Notes under the pieces: generated by a model | Database searches by the model: none | Told to the model about the DNA's origin: nothing | Seen by the model: the letters and a program-made list of their open reading frames with translations, nothing else | In this document: in pieces, positions 46,120-56,128 of the stretch | Layout: each line of letters opens with the position of its first letter | Position numbering within the stretch: position 1 is the first letter of the stretch | IMG/VR virus record: IMGVR_UViG_3300014205_000177 | Span: 96,001-160,000 of that record | DNA from: a virus | Taxonomy: Duplodnaviria > Caudoviricetes | Length of the DNA: 64,000 nt | Reading direction: 5' to 3' (one strand) | Position numbers and translations under genes: made by a program

Positions 46120-49100
46120 TTAATTCCAGAATCCCCCAGCTAATGATTGAGGTTTGTTAATGTTTTCTAAATAATTATATGCTAAATCATGCCCTATTAA
46201 CACAGCACTATATCTATCTTTTCTTTGTTTTTTCTGTGGAGTGTCCCAATGCATCCTTCCAGAACCAGGTGTTAAGGTCACAACAATGTTTTGTATTTCA
46301 TTCATTGTTTCTAATATTTGTTTATACATTAGTTCATCTTCAGTGCTTTCTTCATCATGACAATTTGTTAATAATCCTTTTTCACATGGGAATAATAAAG
46401 TACCATTTTGTAAAGAAAGTAATAAATTATGATTTGCATTGTGAACCCATTCATATCTTGAAAATTCTACTAATTCAAGCATTCTATTGCCTTTCATAAA
46501 TCTATGTTCTTCAAATCCCCTTTGTAGAATAGGAGTTTCTCCAACAGACAATGTTTTGGAATCTGCCAATAAGTCTCTTATAGTTTGACCCCCTCCTCCT
46601 GAATCCATTGCAAATTCAGTTATATTATATTCTTTTATAAGATTTCTTATTTCTCTATGCATAACAGGATATGGTTGTTTATTATAGGCTAAAACTCTTT
46701 TAAGTTTTATTAGTCTTTTTGCTATATCAATTGTAAATATGGCAATTGCAAAATTATCACCATTACGAGCTGGGTCTATACCCATTACATTTACAAAACC
46801 TGATTGTTTAGCAAGTGATTTTTCACATGAAAATGAATAATGTAACTGTGATTTATCGAGAAGTGAACGTTGAAAGAAACCATCTGAGTCAGCAGGAAAA
46901 TAATTTTCATATTCCATTCTAAATTGATAGTCTGGCATATTTAACTTTGCTTCATCAATAGAACTTCTGTTCATAAATCCTTCTGGATAATCATTATGTG
47001 TAAATGCTACTAAAGCCCTGTTATTATCTTTCATTATATTATAAGGTATTTGAGGACCAGATTCATTACCTCTTAATTCTATACCTTGTAAATCTTCTGG
47101 TATTTCTTGATTATTATTAAATAATTTAATATATCTATCTTGTTTTTCCATAATTGAATCAATATAACTCTTAACAGAAACCCAAAAATGATTATATTGA
47201 TAATAAGAAGTAGAAGAAAGAACTATTTTATTACTATATAATTTTTCTATTTTATTAATTTTACCTAAAGCTAAAAGTTTCTTTTGTTCTTCTATAAATC
47301 TTACTTGTTCCATTGGGTTTTTAGAAGTTGCCATCATACCACGAATAACTACATCTAAAACTTCCTTATTTACCTGAGCTACTTCGTCTACAATAACAGT
47401 AAAAAAACGAGCACCACGAATTGTTCCCCCGTCACCTATAGGTAACGCTTGAATAACAGAGCCTGGTTTATTGCATACTGATTTAAATTGGAGATAGCAC
47501 ATATCTGTCATTTTAGTAGGTTTCTTTTCACAACAATCTCTTAAAAGAAGAGATGTTTCATATATTCTTTCTATTTCAGAAAAAACAAATTTTGACTGAC
47601 GAAAAGATGCACCAAATATACCAACTTTTTCGCCAGGAAATAGTAATGCTCTTAAAATTGCAAATACAGCATCAATAAAAGTATTGTGAGATATAAATCC
47701 ATTGGATATAAAAGTATGGTCGTCTGGAATATGAACATCGTAAGTATGCTCTTCTGGAAGAATTTCTTTCTCTACAACAATATCAAAAAAGTAATTTTTT
47801 TCTGATATATCTTTTAACTTTTTCCAATTTTCGCTATCACTGCAATCCTTAGTTAACTCTAAAAATTCATTTAAAAATCTATAAGATGGATTGTATTCTA
47901 ATAGGTGAGTATTCTGCAATAACGTTCTTGATTTTCTATCTAGTTTATATTCCACCTTGTTTTTTAAGTAATCATTTTTCACAGAAATAAGAATATCCGA
48001 TAGGAAAGGAATCACATCCTTATTGGGATTGAATTTTTTATTCAGCAATAACGTCTCAAGTTTGTCTTGTTTCCTATTACATTTAAATCCTATCTTTTCT
48101 GCAAAAATTTTTGCTGAATTTGAATATATAAACAATCTCCATGAATCTCTTCTTGATTCAATTCCTTTGTAAATATATTTTACCGACTTATAATGGATAG
48201 AAGAAATAATTCCAAAAGATAAAAGAACCACCTGAAGTTGTTTTAATAGTTTTTCAGAACATGATGAAAACTCAACCCCTCTATCAGTAACACTTCCATC
48301 GGTATCTGCATATCCAGAAATAAATGATGCCAATACTTTTTTATTTGATTGTAGTATTGACTCTGGTATTTCTTTTTCTTTTGATTTTACTTTTTTAAGC
48401 TTGTATTTACTAAAGAATTCTTTATCTCTATAAGCTCCTCCGAAATTCAAACTAAATTCTATTTTATCCTTTAGTTCTGAAAACTTACAAGCTCCTAGTT
48501 TTTTATAATTTTCTCTGAAAATATTTATTATGTCTTCATCTGTATTGGTAAATCCAACCCCTCCGGATTTTACAAAGCATCCATCGCCAATTAATGCTCC
48601 AATCATATATCCTTCTATTTCTGATATCCAGTTAAATTCTCCGCTGAATTCATACTTATCATCCCTATTAATGACTACATAATCTCCAATTTTTATATCA
48701 TCATTTCTTTTCCATGTAATATTTCCATTTTCAAAACATCTAATCATGTGCTTGTCTACTGATTTTATTTCGTAGCCGTGACAAGTTCTTGTTCTGTAAA
48801 TTTGTTTTGGTTCGTTTTTGTATGTGTGCGATGTATTTTTGAATCCGTTTTCTCCATACATTTGGATTACACTCTCTTTAAGTCCAAACTCTTCTGATTT
48901 GTGAAGTCCTGCTATTTCATGGAATCCACTATTGAGAAGACACATAGAGTCTCCAACTATGCATTTACCAGAACCACGGGACAAAACCATAATCACATTA
49001 TTACAGTCCCACATTGCTCTAAGTGCAATTCTTTGATGTGGAGCAAGGTCAATACCAAGTAAATCCCTTGCTGCTGCTGCTGGGTCTTCTTTATAAATTC

Positions 49101-49149
49101 TTACCATCTCCATTAATTGAATATCGTCTTCTGCAAAATTCTGTATCAT
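46120..49149 (-). CDS. terL: Terminase large subunit, intein-containing
   Basis: Walker A RGSGK|T split by an intein; IRGARF, VIVDE Walker B, GIDPAR, DSGGGG and KDRYSA nuclease motifs. Confidence 0.95.
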   Translation of the reverse strand: MIQNFAEDDIQLMEMVRIYKEDPAAAARDLLGIDLAPHQRIALRAMWDCNNVIMVLSRGSGKCIVGDSMCLLNSGFHEIAGLHKSEEFGLKESVIQMYGENGFKNTSHTYKNEPKQIYRTRTCHGYEIKSVDKHMIRCFENGNITWKRNDDIKIGDYVVINRDDKYEFSGEFNWISEIEGYMIGALIGDGCFVKSGGVGFTNTDEDIINIFRENYKKLGACKFSELKDKIEFSLNFGGAYRDKEFFSKYKLKKVKSKEKEIPESILQSNKKVLASFISGYADTDGSVTDRGVEFSSCSEKLLKQLQVVLLSFGIISSIHYKSVKYIYKGIESRRDSWRLFIYSNSAKIFAEKIGFKCNRKQDKLETLLLNKKFNPNKDVIPFLSDILISVKNDYLKNKVEYKLDRKSRTLLQNTHLLEYNPSYRFLNEFLELTKDCSDSENWKKLKDISEKNYFFDIVVEKEILPEEHTYDVHIPDDHTFISNGFISHNTFIDAVFAILRALLFPGEKVGIFGASFRQSKFVFSEIERIYETSLLLRDCCEKKPTKMTDMCYLQFKSVCNKPGSVIQALPIGDGGTIRGARFFTVIVDEVAQVNKEVLDVVIRGMMATSKNPMEQVRFIEEQKKLLALGKINKIEKLYSNKIVLSSTSYYQYNHFWVSVKSYIDSIMEKQDRYIKLFNNNQEIPEDLQGIELRGNESGPQIPYNIMKDNNRALVAFTHNDYPEGFMNRSSIDEAKLNMPDYQFRMEYENYFPADSDGFFQRSLLDKSQLHYSFSCEKSLAKQSGFVNVMGIDPARNGDNFAIAIFTIDIAKRLIKLKRVLAYNKQPYPVMHREIRNLIKEYNITEFAMDSGGGGQTIRDLLADSKTLSVGETPILQRGFEEHRFMKGNRMLELVEFSRYEWVHNANHNLLLSLQNGTLLFPCEKGLLTNCHDEESTEDELMYKQILETMNEIQNIVVTLTPGSGRMHWDTPQKKQRKDRYSAVLIGHDLAYNYLENINKPQSLAGGFWN
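47683..48963 (-). mobile_element. Intein (427 aa) with LAGLIDADG homing endonuclease
   Basis: Begins C-IVGDS, ends TYDVHI..HTFISNGFISHN followed by Thr; IGALIGDG and ISGYADTDG motifs. Confidence 0.95.
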
Positions 49150-49156
49150 AATATCC

Positions 49157-52100
49157 TTAATTTACATATAGTTTATTAGGAATAGTAGGGGGAGTATTTA
49201 CTTTAAACATACCAACACTACTCCAATTTGAATATTCATGTCCATCAAAGGACCTAACTCTCCAATAATAATCTTTGCTTAAATAACTTATACTTATAAT
49301 ATAATAATTTTGTAAAATATTCACAGAATTTAATATTATAGACTCATTTCCATTTAAATCTTTACCAAAATCAGACCTAGTTGCAATTTGTAAGTCATAT
49401 AGCAATGAATCTAATTGGTCAATATCAATACTTTGTTCCCACTCAAAAGTATTATTACCGTACCTAGAAACTAATACTGGTAATCTTTCTGAGTAAGAAT
49501 TATTAATATAAAGATTAATAGGTATAGATGGTTTATGATTATATTTTATTTCAAAATGATTAACAGGTCCATAATTACCATATATATTTTTTGCTACTGC
49601 ATGAAAATAATAAATACCAGCACCAGATAATATTTCTAAATCAAAATTTCTAATAAAATCTACACTTCTTTGGAAATTTTCAGATGGTTGTGTGGTTGGA
49701 TTTTTATCCAGTTGAGTAAAATAACCATCAATTTCTACTTCTTGATTTTCTAAAGAATTCCATGTAAAAGTTATTAGATTATTTTCCTGCCAAGTTTCTC
49801 CGTTAACATTACAAAATACTGATAACATATCTGGTCTTGATGCAATAGTACTAACTCTACCATATATATTTATACTTGATTTTTTTGATATTATAACTGA
49901 TGCTCCGATATTATTAGAAAAATCGTCTATATAACCAAAATTAGTAATATCATAAACATTTAAAGAGCATCCTATGTTTGAATAAGGTATAATATATAAT
50001 CCAGCACCAATTGATGATATTTCTTTGTATTTTACAGTTACAGAACAATTTAATTCTGAATCGTATTTGTGACACACTCTTACTACTGAAGATATGTTAT
50101 TATTTCCTTCAACATTTATTATGGTTACTCTACATTTTAATTCTATACCATAATTTATATTTACTTTAGCTTTTAATTCTAAATAAGACCTAATATTAAT
50201 GACTGCTCCTATTTCAAAATCTCCTTTTTTACAAACTCTTAATTGGCAATTAATATCAGAATAATCACGTTTCCTTACATATACAGAAGCGTTTAAATTA
50301 GAATAATTTATTATATATATTTTAGCACCAATATTTTTATTTGAATATATTGGTATTAATACTTTAGCTCCAACATCTATCTTTTCAGATACAATATCAA
50401 ATGGATATTGACTTTCAGTCCAGTCTCCATATTGTTTACCATCATAAGGTCTAACTCTCCATTTATAATGCCCTACGCTTATTGTATTTTGTATGTTATA
50501 AATAACTTCATTACCAAGTGGAATATCAACTATATCATCAATAAAATTAGTTATAAATTCATCTTCAGAAATTTGTAATTCATAATTAACATAATCAAGT
50601 TGGTCAATATCCAAAGAACGATTCCATTGAAATTCTGGGAATGCTATTGGCCCATTATAAGAATATTCTCCATTTATTAACATTCCAGAAGGTGTAATAT
50701 TTGAAGGGAGATTGTTAAAGGCTATGCAATAATGAGATGTTTCTTTACTATAATTTCCTATTCTATTTACTGCTCTTACATGTAAATACCATCTTCCACT
50801 ATAGTCAGCAGTTTTTGTTACATAATTATCGTTTAATCTTTGGTCTAATTCTGTAACATTATAATATGGATTTGTATTAAAAGCTATATGATATTCGTCA
50901 ACAATAGACATATTATCATGTGGAACCTGCCATTCAAAATTTGCGCTATCATTGTTTTGCCATACATTTTCTTCAATATTTGATGTAATAATAACACTAT
51001 CTGGTCTGTCTGCAATAGTATTGACAATAGCAGATATGTTTTTATAATTATATCTTGAAACTTTTATTATTGCATTTATATCAACATCTTTTGCTATAAA
51101 TATACATGCATTTATTAATTCTAAACCTTTTTGACAAACAAATAATGAAGCACCAATATCTTGAGAAGATTTTTTAATAACATTAACGCTTGCTGACAAT
51201 CCACCTACAAGAAAAACAGATGCAGATATAGAAGATACTCTAAATTTTGATACAACAACAGCAGCACCAAGTTTTTGTTGTGTTATTGCTACTATTACTT
51301 TAGATTGTATATTAGATAATAGTTTACCACCAATCATTACTGAAGCATAAATATTTTGATTTTCTGATGTCACATTTACAGAACATCCTATTTCAGACCT
51401 AGGTATAATATAAACAGAACCGTGAATCATCCTAATTATATTAACAGTTGAATTTATATCAGACTTTGGATTTATATATATTGAAGAACCTATACTTGAA
51501 TATCCGTGTTGAGTAACATATAGTGAAGCTCCAACAACAGAACTGTTTTTACTTACAATATTTACCACTCCACCTATTGGTGAATATTCAATTCCATAAT
51601 CTGAATCCCATAGTGCTTCATAATCAATTCTAAAATTATCTATATATCCATCAAATGTACTAGAACCATCAGTGTCGTCAACATCACATTCTGGATGACT
51701 TCCAATATAAAACGGTGCTGATGTAATATCATACAAACCATTAAAATTGTTTACAGGAATTCCATCTCCATAGTCCCTGATTCCACAAGATTGTAAAACA
51801 CATATTCCATTAATAAAAAATTTTAAAGATTGACCGTTTCTTACTAATGCAATCTTATATATTTTATTTAACTCTAATGCTCCTATGTCTAATGTATCAA
51901 AACTATTATAGTTTGCATATGAATAATAAAAAACACCCCTACCATCTGGTAATAAATCGAATTGTATAGAGCTATCATAACCACCCTCTTCCATCTCATA
52001 TACTTTAGCAAAGACTGTTTGTCTTTTATGTGATGTTATTAAAAAAGATAGTTGAATTGTCCAATATTCTTGAGTTTCAAGATTTATATTATGATTTTCT

Positions 52101-52312
52101 ATTTTTACCCATCCGTTATTTTGGATAGATAATGAACCTTCTCCAATATCATAATATTCTGAACTTATAGATGTTAAATTATCGGTTATTTGCAGGTTTA
52201 ATTCTGTACCATAATTTGTAAATTTAGATTCTGTAGAATCAAAAGGAAGGAAAATTTTTGTATTTCCTGTTATAGGTCTATTTAATAAGTTATCATATAT
52301 ATAGTCGCTCAT
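49157..52312 (-). CDS. Virion/adhesion protein: LamG (concanavalin A-like) domain, FN3-like domains and beta-strand repeats
   Basis: WTIQ..KIALVRNG..FFING..FYIG..FDGYIDNFRI; YKWRVRPYDG and YYWRVRSFDG; two blocks of about 13-aa S-I-x-A-x-V-x-V repeats. Confidence 0.75.
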   Translation of the reverse strand: MSDYIYDNLLNRPITGNTKIFLPFDSTESKFTNYGTELNLQITDNLTSISSEYYDIGEGSLSIQNNGWVKIENHNINLETQEYWTIQLSFLITSHKRQTVFAKVYEMEEGGYDSSIQFDLLPDGRGVFYYSYANYNSFDTLDIGALELNKIYKIALVRNGQSLKFFINGICVLQSCGIRDYGDGIPVNNFNGLYDITSAPFYIGSHPECDVDDTDGSSTFDGYIDNFRIDYEALWDSDYGIEYSPIGGVVNIVSKNSSVVGASLYVTQHGYSSIGSSIYINPKSDINSTVNIIRMIHGSVYIIPRSEIGCSVNVTSENQNIYASVMIGGKLLSNIQSKVIVAITQQKLGAAVVVSKFRVSSISASVFLVGGLSASVNVIKKSSQDIGASLFVCQKGLELINACIFIAKDVDINAIIKVSRYNYKNISAIVNTIADRPDSVIITSNIEENVWQNNDSANFEWQVPHDNMSIVDEYHIAFNTNPYYNVTELDQRLNDNYVTKTADYSGRWYLHVRAVNRIGNYSKETSHYCIAFNNLPSNITPSGMLINGEYSYNGPIAFPEFQWNRSLDIDQLDYVNYELQISEDEFITNFIDDIVDIPLGNEVIYNIQNTISVGHYKWRVRPYDGKQYGDWTESQYPFDIVSEKIDVGAKVLIPIYSNKNIGAKIYIINYSNLNASVYVRKRDYSDINCQLRVCKKGDFEIGAVINIRSYLELKAKVNINYGIELKCRVTIINVEGNNNISSVVRVCHKYDSELNCSVTVKYKEISSIGAGLYIIPYSNIGCSLNVYDITNFGYIDDFSNNIGASVIISKKSSINIYGRVSTIASRPDMLSVFCNVNGETWQENNLITFTWNSLENQEVEIDGYFTQLDKNPTTQPSENFQRSVDFIRNFDLEILSGAGIYYFHAVAKNIYGNYGPVNHFEIKYNHKPSIPINLYINNSYSERLPVLVSRYGNNTFEWEQSIDIDQLDSLLYDLQIATRSDFGKDLNGNESIILNSVNILQNYYIISISYLSKDYYWRVRSFDGHEYSNWSSVGMFKVNTPPTIPNKLYVN

Positions 52313-52353
52313 TTTTCACCATTATATTGGTTGAATGAGCATTGCATTGCTCA

Positions 52354-52896
52354 TTAGAATCTAACTGTAGTTTCACTTCCATCATTATTTTTTATATTGG
52401 CAGTAAATGTAGTAGAAATACATGCCCTTAAAGAAATAGAATCAACAGAAATTAAAACCATTATTTTCTTTATAGTAACAAATTTATCGTTTTTCCAAAA
52501 ATTACATATATGGTCTGGAATATCAACTTTATAACCTATATTAAAACTTTTTGGAATAGCAACAACAGGAGGACCATATGGTACTGGAAAACTCTCTTTA
52601 TATTGAATTAATCCTTCAAAATAATTTGTATCTGGAAGTCCACATAAATTGATAACTCTTCCTTCAACTTCTTTACCTACATTTATAGGAAATCCATTAA
52701 GTATCAATTCCCCCGTAATTAAATTTATTGTATATAATATATTATTTTGCAAATCTTTTAAACATGCAAATTTTATATTTCCTTTTTCTTTTAATAATAG
52801 TTCTTTGCTAAAAATGGTTTCTTTACCATTATTATCAATTTCCATTATTTGAGAACCATCATGTTTTTCAAGAATCCAAATTACATGTTGTTTCAC
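52354..52896 (-). CDS. Hypothetical protein
   Basis: 180-aa ORF, GTG start. Confidence 0.6.
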   Translation of the reverse strand: MKQHVIWILEKHDGSQIMEIDNNGKETIFSKELLLKEKGNIKFACLKDLQNNILYTINLITGELILNGFPINVGKEVEGRVINLCGLPDTNYFEGLIQYKESFPVPYGPPVVAIPKSFNIGYKVDIPDHICNFWKNDKFVTIKKIMVLISVDSISLRACISTTFTANIKNNDGSETTVRF

Positions 52897-52958
52897 TTTT
52901 TTTTATTCCCACCTTTTTTGCATTTTCCCATTTTTCTTTTCCCTTTTAAAATTATAAA

Positions 52959-53462
52959 TTAAGGATAAAGGAAGGAGAGCCTAAAACCCCAATCCTGAGT
53001 AAGTCCATCTGCTGCATTACTTGGTGGTTGTAAACATAAATAAATATATTTTGTATATTCTCCAGCTGCAATTGTATAATCAACACCAAAATTACTTACA
53101 GAGGGTTCTGTTTCTGGAGTTGTTGTAAAATCAACACCAACTGGGTTTGATGCTGTTCCGTTTTTTACATCAGCTGTTATTCCTGCATCATCAGGATTAA
53201 AAAAACTTGTATTTATAGAAAGCTTATGTTTCCACGAAGCAGAAGCTGAAACATTTTGATTTCCACCAGATGAAGCTGTATCGTTTAACCAAAATTTAAG
53301 AGTTCTAACTGAATTTCCAGTAAAACCTGCTTGTACACATTTTGCATCAGACCAATATCCTGCTTCTACGTTACCAAAATCAATGATTGTTATAGCATTT
53401 CCTCTTTGAGGACTTCCACTATTATTCGTTACTGGATACCAAGTTACTGTAGGTGCTGCCAT
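52959..53462 (-). CDS. Putative small virion structural protein
   Basis: 167 aa; IDFGNVEAG start and ending F.LSFLYP; SD AGGAG. Confidence 0.55.
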   Translation of the reverse strand: MAAPTVTWYPVTNNSGSPQRGNAITIIDFGNVEAGYWSDAKCVQAGFTGNSVRTLKFWLNDTASSGGNQNVSASASWKHKLSINTSFFNPDDAGITADVKNGTASNPVGVDFTTTPETEPSVSNFGVDYTIAAGEYTKYIYLCLQPPSNAADGLTQDWGFRLSFLYP

Positions 53463-53465
53463 TTT

Positions 53466-54047
53466 TTATACTCCTATTGCTCTTACCGGAAAGAGGTCAT
53501 CTTCCTCAGTTTTATTTTTTATACTTATATTTTTTATATTTAATATTTTTTCTTCATCAACTTTTCCACATAATATAGCAATATTTATTCCACCATTTTT
53601 ATTGTAATTATCATTTTTAGCAGAACGTTTTGCTCCTAAATTATTTCTATATTGACTTTCCCTCCTTTTGCTATTAGATAGCTCTGCATCAGAATCTCCG
53701 CTTGGTTTTTTCTTTAATGCTCTATATTGCATAATCTTTTCTAATGCTAAGTTATTAATATCTTCAATATCTTCTACATTATTCCAATCAGGATGGGCTT
53801 CCACCCACTTCTTAACTTCATCAATATATATTTTAAATTCTATAGGATTTAATGTCATAGCCGCTATTACAGAAACTTTACCATCTAGACATTCTGGAAT
53901 TTTATTTTTACCATGAATTATGTCTGATGTTTTATTTGATATCTGTATTTCTTTTTTATTACAAATACTTACATCTTCAAAAAATTTTTTAGACATTTCT
54001 TCTGGGTTTTTAATCCCTATACTATTTATATTGTCATTTTTATCCAT
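53466..54047 (-). CDS. Hypothetical protein, possible terminase small subunit
   Basis: Helical 193-aa protein at the head of the packaging operon; assignment from position only. Confidence 0.35.
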   Translation of the reverse strand: MDKNDNINSIGIKNPEEMSKKFFEDVSICNKKEIQISNKTSDIIHGKNKIPECLDGKVSVIAAMTLNPIEFKIYIDEVKKWVEAHPDWNNVEDIEDINNLALEKIMQYRALKKKPSGDSDAELSNSKRRESQYRNNLGAKRSAKNDNYNKNGGINIAILCGKVDEEKILNIKNISIKNKTEEDDLFPVRAIGV

Positions 54048-54101
54048 TTAAAAACCTTTTTCTTAATTATTCTATATTAAAAAAAAATAAAAAACACCAA
54101 T

Positions 54102-54668
54102 TTAGAATTTTTTATCAGTCTTAATTCTTTTCCTCATTCTATTAAGTATCGCACTTACAGCTGACGGGTAACTATAGTTTAATTTTTCTGATATTTCTCT
54201 TTGGGTTATTTTGGGATTTTCGAATATCAATTTTAATACATTTTTTTCGTTTTCTTTTAAATAACATTCTGGTGAATTATCATCAATCATTAGTCTTAAA
54301 TTTTTTATTCTTTCTTCATCAAAACTCTTTTTTTCTGATTCTTCACAATTAGAATCTATAAAAGGGAAATCTTTCATGAATAAATCTTCTCCAGAAAAAA
54401 CATATGATTTATATTTTTGATATTTTATGCAGTTATGTTGTACAAGATTTGATATACAACGGAAGGCAAATACTGAAAATTTAACACCTTTTGATGGGTC
54501 ATATTTTGGAATTATTTTTTCTATAACGAAAAGACACGAATTTTGAAATATATCTTCTTTTTCTTCTTTTGGGATATTGTTATATCTGTGAATTATTGAC
54601 CAAATCATTGGTTCAATACTTTTTAACATCAATTCATTTTTTTTATCAACTACCTTCTCTTTCTCCAT
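54102..54668 (-). CDS. Phage RNA polymerase sigma factor (sigma-70 family)
   Basis: Region 2 KEDIFQ..KYDPSKGVKFSVFAFRCI; region 4 LKENEKNVL..TQREISEKLNYS; start moved to ATG 54668. Confidence 0.9.
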   Translation of the reverse strand: MEKEKVVDKKNELMLKSIEPMIWSIIHRYNNIPKEEKEDIFQNSCLFVIEKIIPKYDPSKGVKFSVFAFRCISNLVQHNCIKYQKYKSYVFSGEDLFMKDFPFIDSNCEESEKKSFDEERIKNLRLMIDDNSPECYLKENEKNVLKLIFENPKITQREISEKLNYSYPSAVSAILNRMRKRIKTDKKF

Positions 54669-54852
54669 TTTCAACTCCACTTCCTGTCGTAAAGACAATT
54701 TTTAATTCTATTGTTTGAAAGGAAGTAGAATCTTGATTAGATTGTGTTCCAACACATCCCATATATTGAATTAAGCTTTCTTTGTTTATACTGTTAAGTA
54801 TTTCTAAAATAGAGCTAAATGGTACTATATTACCATCAACTATGTTTACCAT
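54646..54852 (-). CDS. Hypothetical protein (68 aa, MVNIVDG...)
   Basis: ATG 54852 with SD GAGGAGG. Confidence 0.6.
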   Translation of the reverse strand: MVNIVDGNIVPFSSILEILNSINKESLIQYMGCVGTQSNQDSTSFQTIELKIVFTTGSGVENGEREGS

Positions 54853-55012
54853 TCTCAACCTCCTCTTTAATGCTTGCAAGGGTTCTTTGAAATTCTTTCT
54901 TCTCCTTGCTTCCGCATTTTGGACAAATGTTGGAGTCTGTATAAATATTTTTACATTTTATACATGTGAATGTTTTTTTATAAATTTTACCAGTAGTCTT
55001 TTGATATTCCAT
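54836..55012 (-). CDS. Small Zn-ribbon protein (58 aa, MEYQKTTGKIYKKTFTCIKC..CPKCGS)
   Basis: Hand-translated, below the ORF-track cutoff; CxxC..CPxCG; SD GAGG. Confidence 0.7.
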   Translation of the reverse strand: MEYQKTTGKIYKKTFTCIKCKNIYTDSNICPKCGSKEKKEFQRTLASIKEEVENGKHS

Positions 55013-55013
55013 T

Positions 55014-55235
55014 TTAACCTCTTGTTGACCTTAAAATTAGGTCTAAATCTTTTATCCCTATTACAAATCTAACATCAATTCCAGGGATTGTTAACAATAA
55101 TGAATCTGTAGAAATTTCGGTAGGATATGTACCATCTGCAAAAATATTATTGTCTTCTGCTTTTGATAATTCTAGTTCAGTATTTTGACAATTTCCATTC
55201 TCTATTGCAACACACTTAATATTAAATCTTACCAT
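55014..55235 (-). CDS. Hypothetical protein
   Basis: 73 aa, SD AGGAG, downstream of a promoter. Confidence 0.65.
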   Translation of the reverse strand: MVRFNIKCVAIENGNCQNTELELSKAEDNNIFADGTYPTEISTDSLLLTIPGIDVRFVIGIKDLDLILRSTRG

Positions 55236-55258
55236 AAAATCTCCTTGTTATAAAACAT

Positions 55259-55286
55259 ATTATAGCATAAATAAATAATATTTCAA
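55259..55286 (-). promoter_or_regulatory. Host sigma-70-type promoter driving the phage sigma operon
   Basis: TTGAAA-N16 (ending TGC)-TATAAT. Confidence 0.7.
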
Positions 55287-55496
55287 TTTTTTTAAATAAA
55301 ATACTTGACATTTTTATTGAACATGCTTCACTTTTATTTTTAAGGATAAACTTTAAACATTTTGTTTTATAAATCTATACAACAATGTTATAATCAAATT
55401 TTAACTACATAGAACGAACGCTATTTAATTTTTTGTTAAGATATGACTCTTTGCCCATTATTGTTGTTTTGGTGGTCTTATTTTTCTTTTATTTGA

Positions 55497-55830
55497 TTCT
55501 AGTTAATACTTTACTAGTTTATTTATCTAGTAATTATATTTACCAGTATAAATTACTTACTAGTATAATCTTCTAGTATACTTTCTTTATTGGACTATGC
55601 TATTTAGTGCGTGTATGTGATTATACTAGATAAGTATACCGCACATTACACGTTATTACTAACTAGTTAATTAATTATACTAGTTAATACACAAACTAAT
55701 ATAGTATTCACGTTAATACGTTACTAGTAATTCTCTGATGTATTAAACTAGTAAAGTATTCACGCACACACGCACGATTATAATAATATATTAATTAATT
55801 ACTAGTATTCACGTATGTGCGCACGTAAGG
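55497..55830. repeat. CTAG/ACTAGT-rich repeat region at the strand switch, candidate replication origin
   Basis: 11 CTAG copies in 55499-55805 and three AGTATTCACG (55703, 55755, 55804); non-coding. Confidence 0.6.
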
Positions 55831-55892
55831 ATAATTAATAAAAAAACTAAAACATTAATTTTAAAAAAAATTGAAAAAAAATAAAACTTTGT

Positions 55893-55920
55893 TTGTTTTT
55901 ATTTGGTTTTATGCTATAAT
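55893..55920 (+). promoter_or_regulatory. Promoter of tRNA array 1
   Basis: TTGTTT-N16 (ending TGC)-TATAAT. Confidence 0.7.
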
Positions 55921-55963
55921 ATAAAACAGAAACAAAAATAATTTAAAAATGGTGATATTAAAA

Positions 55964-56041
55964 ATGAGAACAATGCAAGATATGACAGTGGCGACAGCCA
56001 ATACCAATCCGGAGAATTCTCCAGTGTGGTACGTCTCTTAG
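55964..56041 (+). CDS. Leader peptide 1 (MRTMQDMTVATANTNPENSPVWYVS), putative attenuator of tRNA array 1
   Basis: SD GGTGA at 55951; first 18 codons all specify amino acids of array-1 tRNAs; 3' end overlaps the antiterminator strand. Confidence 0.8.
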   Translation: MRTMQDMTVATANTNPENSPVWYVS

Positions 56042-56100
56042 TCTTTGTTTTTATTTGTAAATAATGATTTAAGAGCGAACCCTAAAAAGTTCGCTTTTTT
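56032..56100 (+). terminator. Attenuator 1: antiterminator (56032-56077) overlapping intrinsic terminator (56071-56100)
   Basis: AGCGAAC-loop-GTTCGCT-TTTTT; CGTCTCTTAGTC pairs with GATTTAAGAGCG. Confidence 0.8.
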
Positions 56101-56128
56101 GTTGATTGAAAACTTAATATAATAAAAT

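Noticed and set aside
4364-55072. Short plus-strand ORFs antisense to structural genes
   Set aside because: Antisense shadows of long minus-strand genes.
55497-55830. CRISPR array or trp-operator copies
   Set aside because: No constant-length repeat/spacer pattern; the resemblance to TrpR ACTAGT half-sites lacks operator spacing and context.
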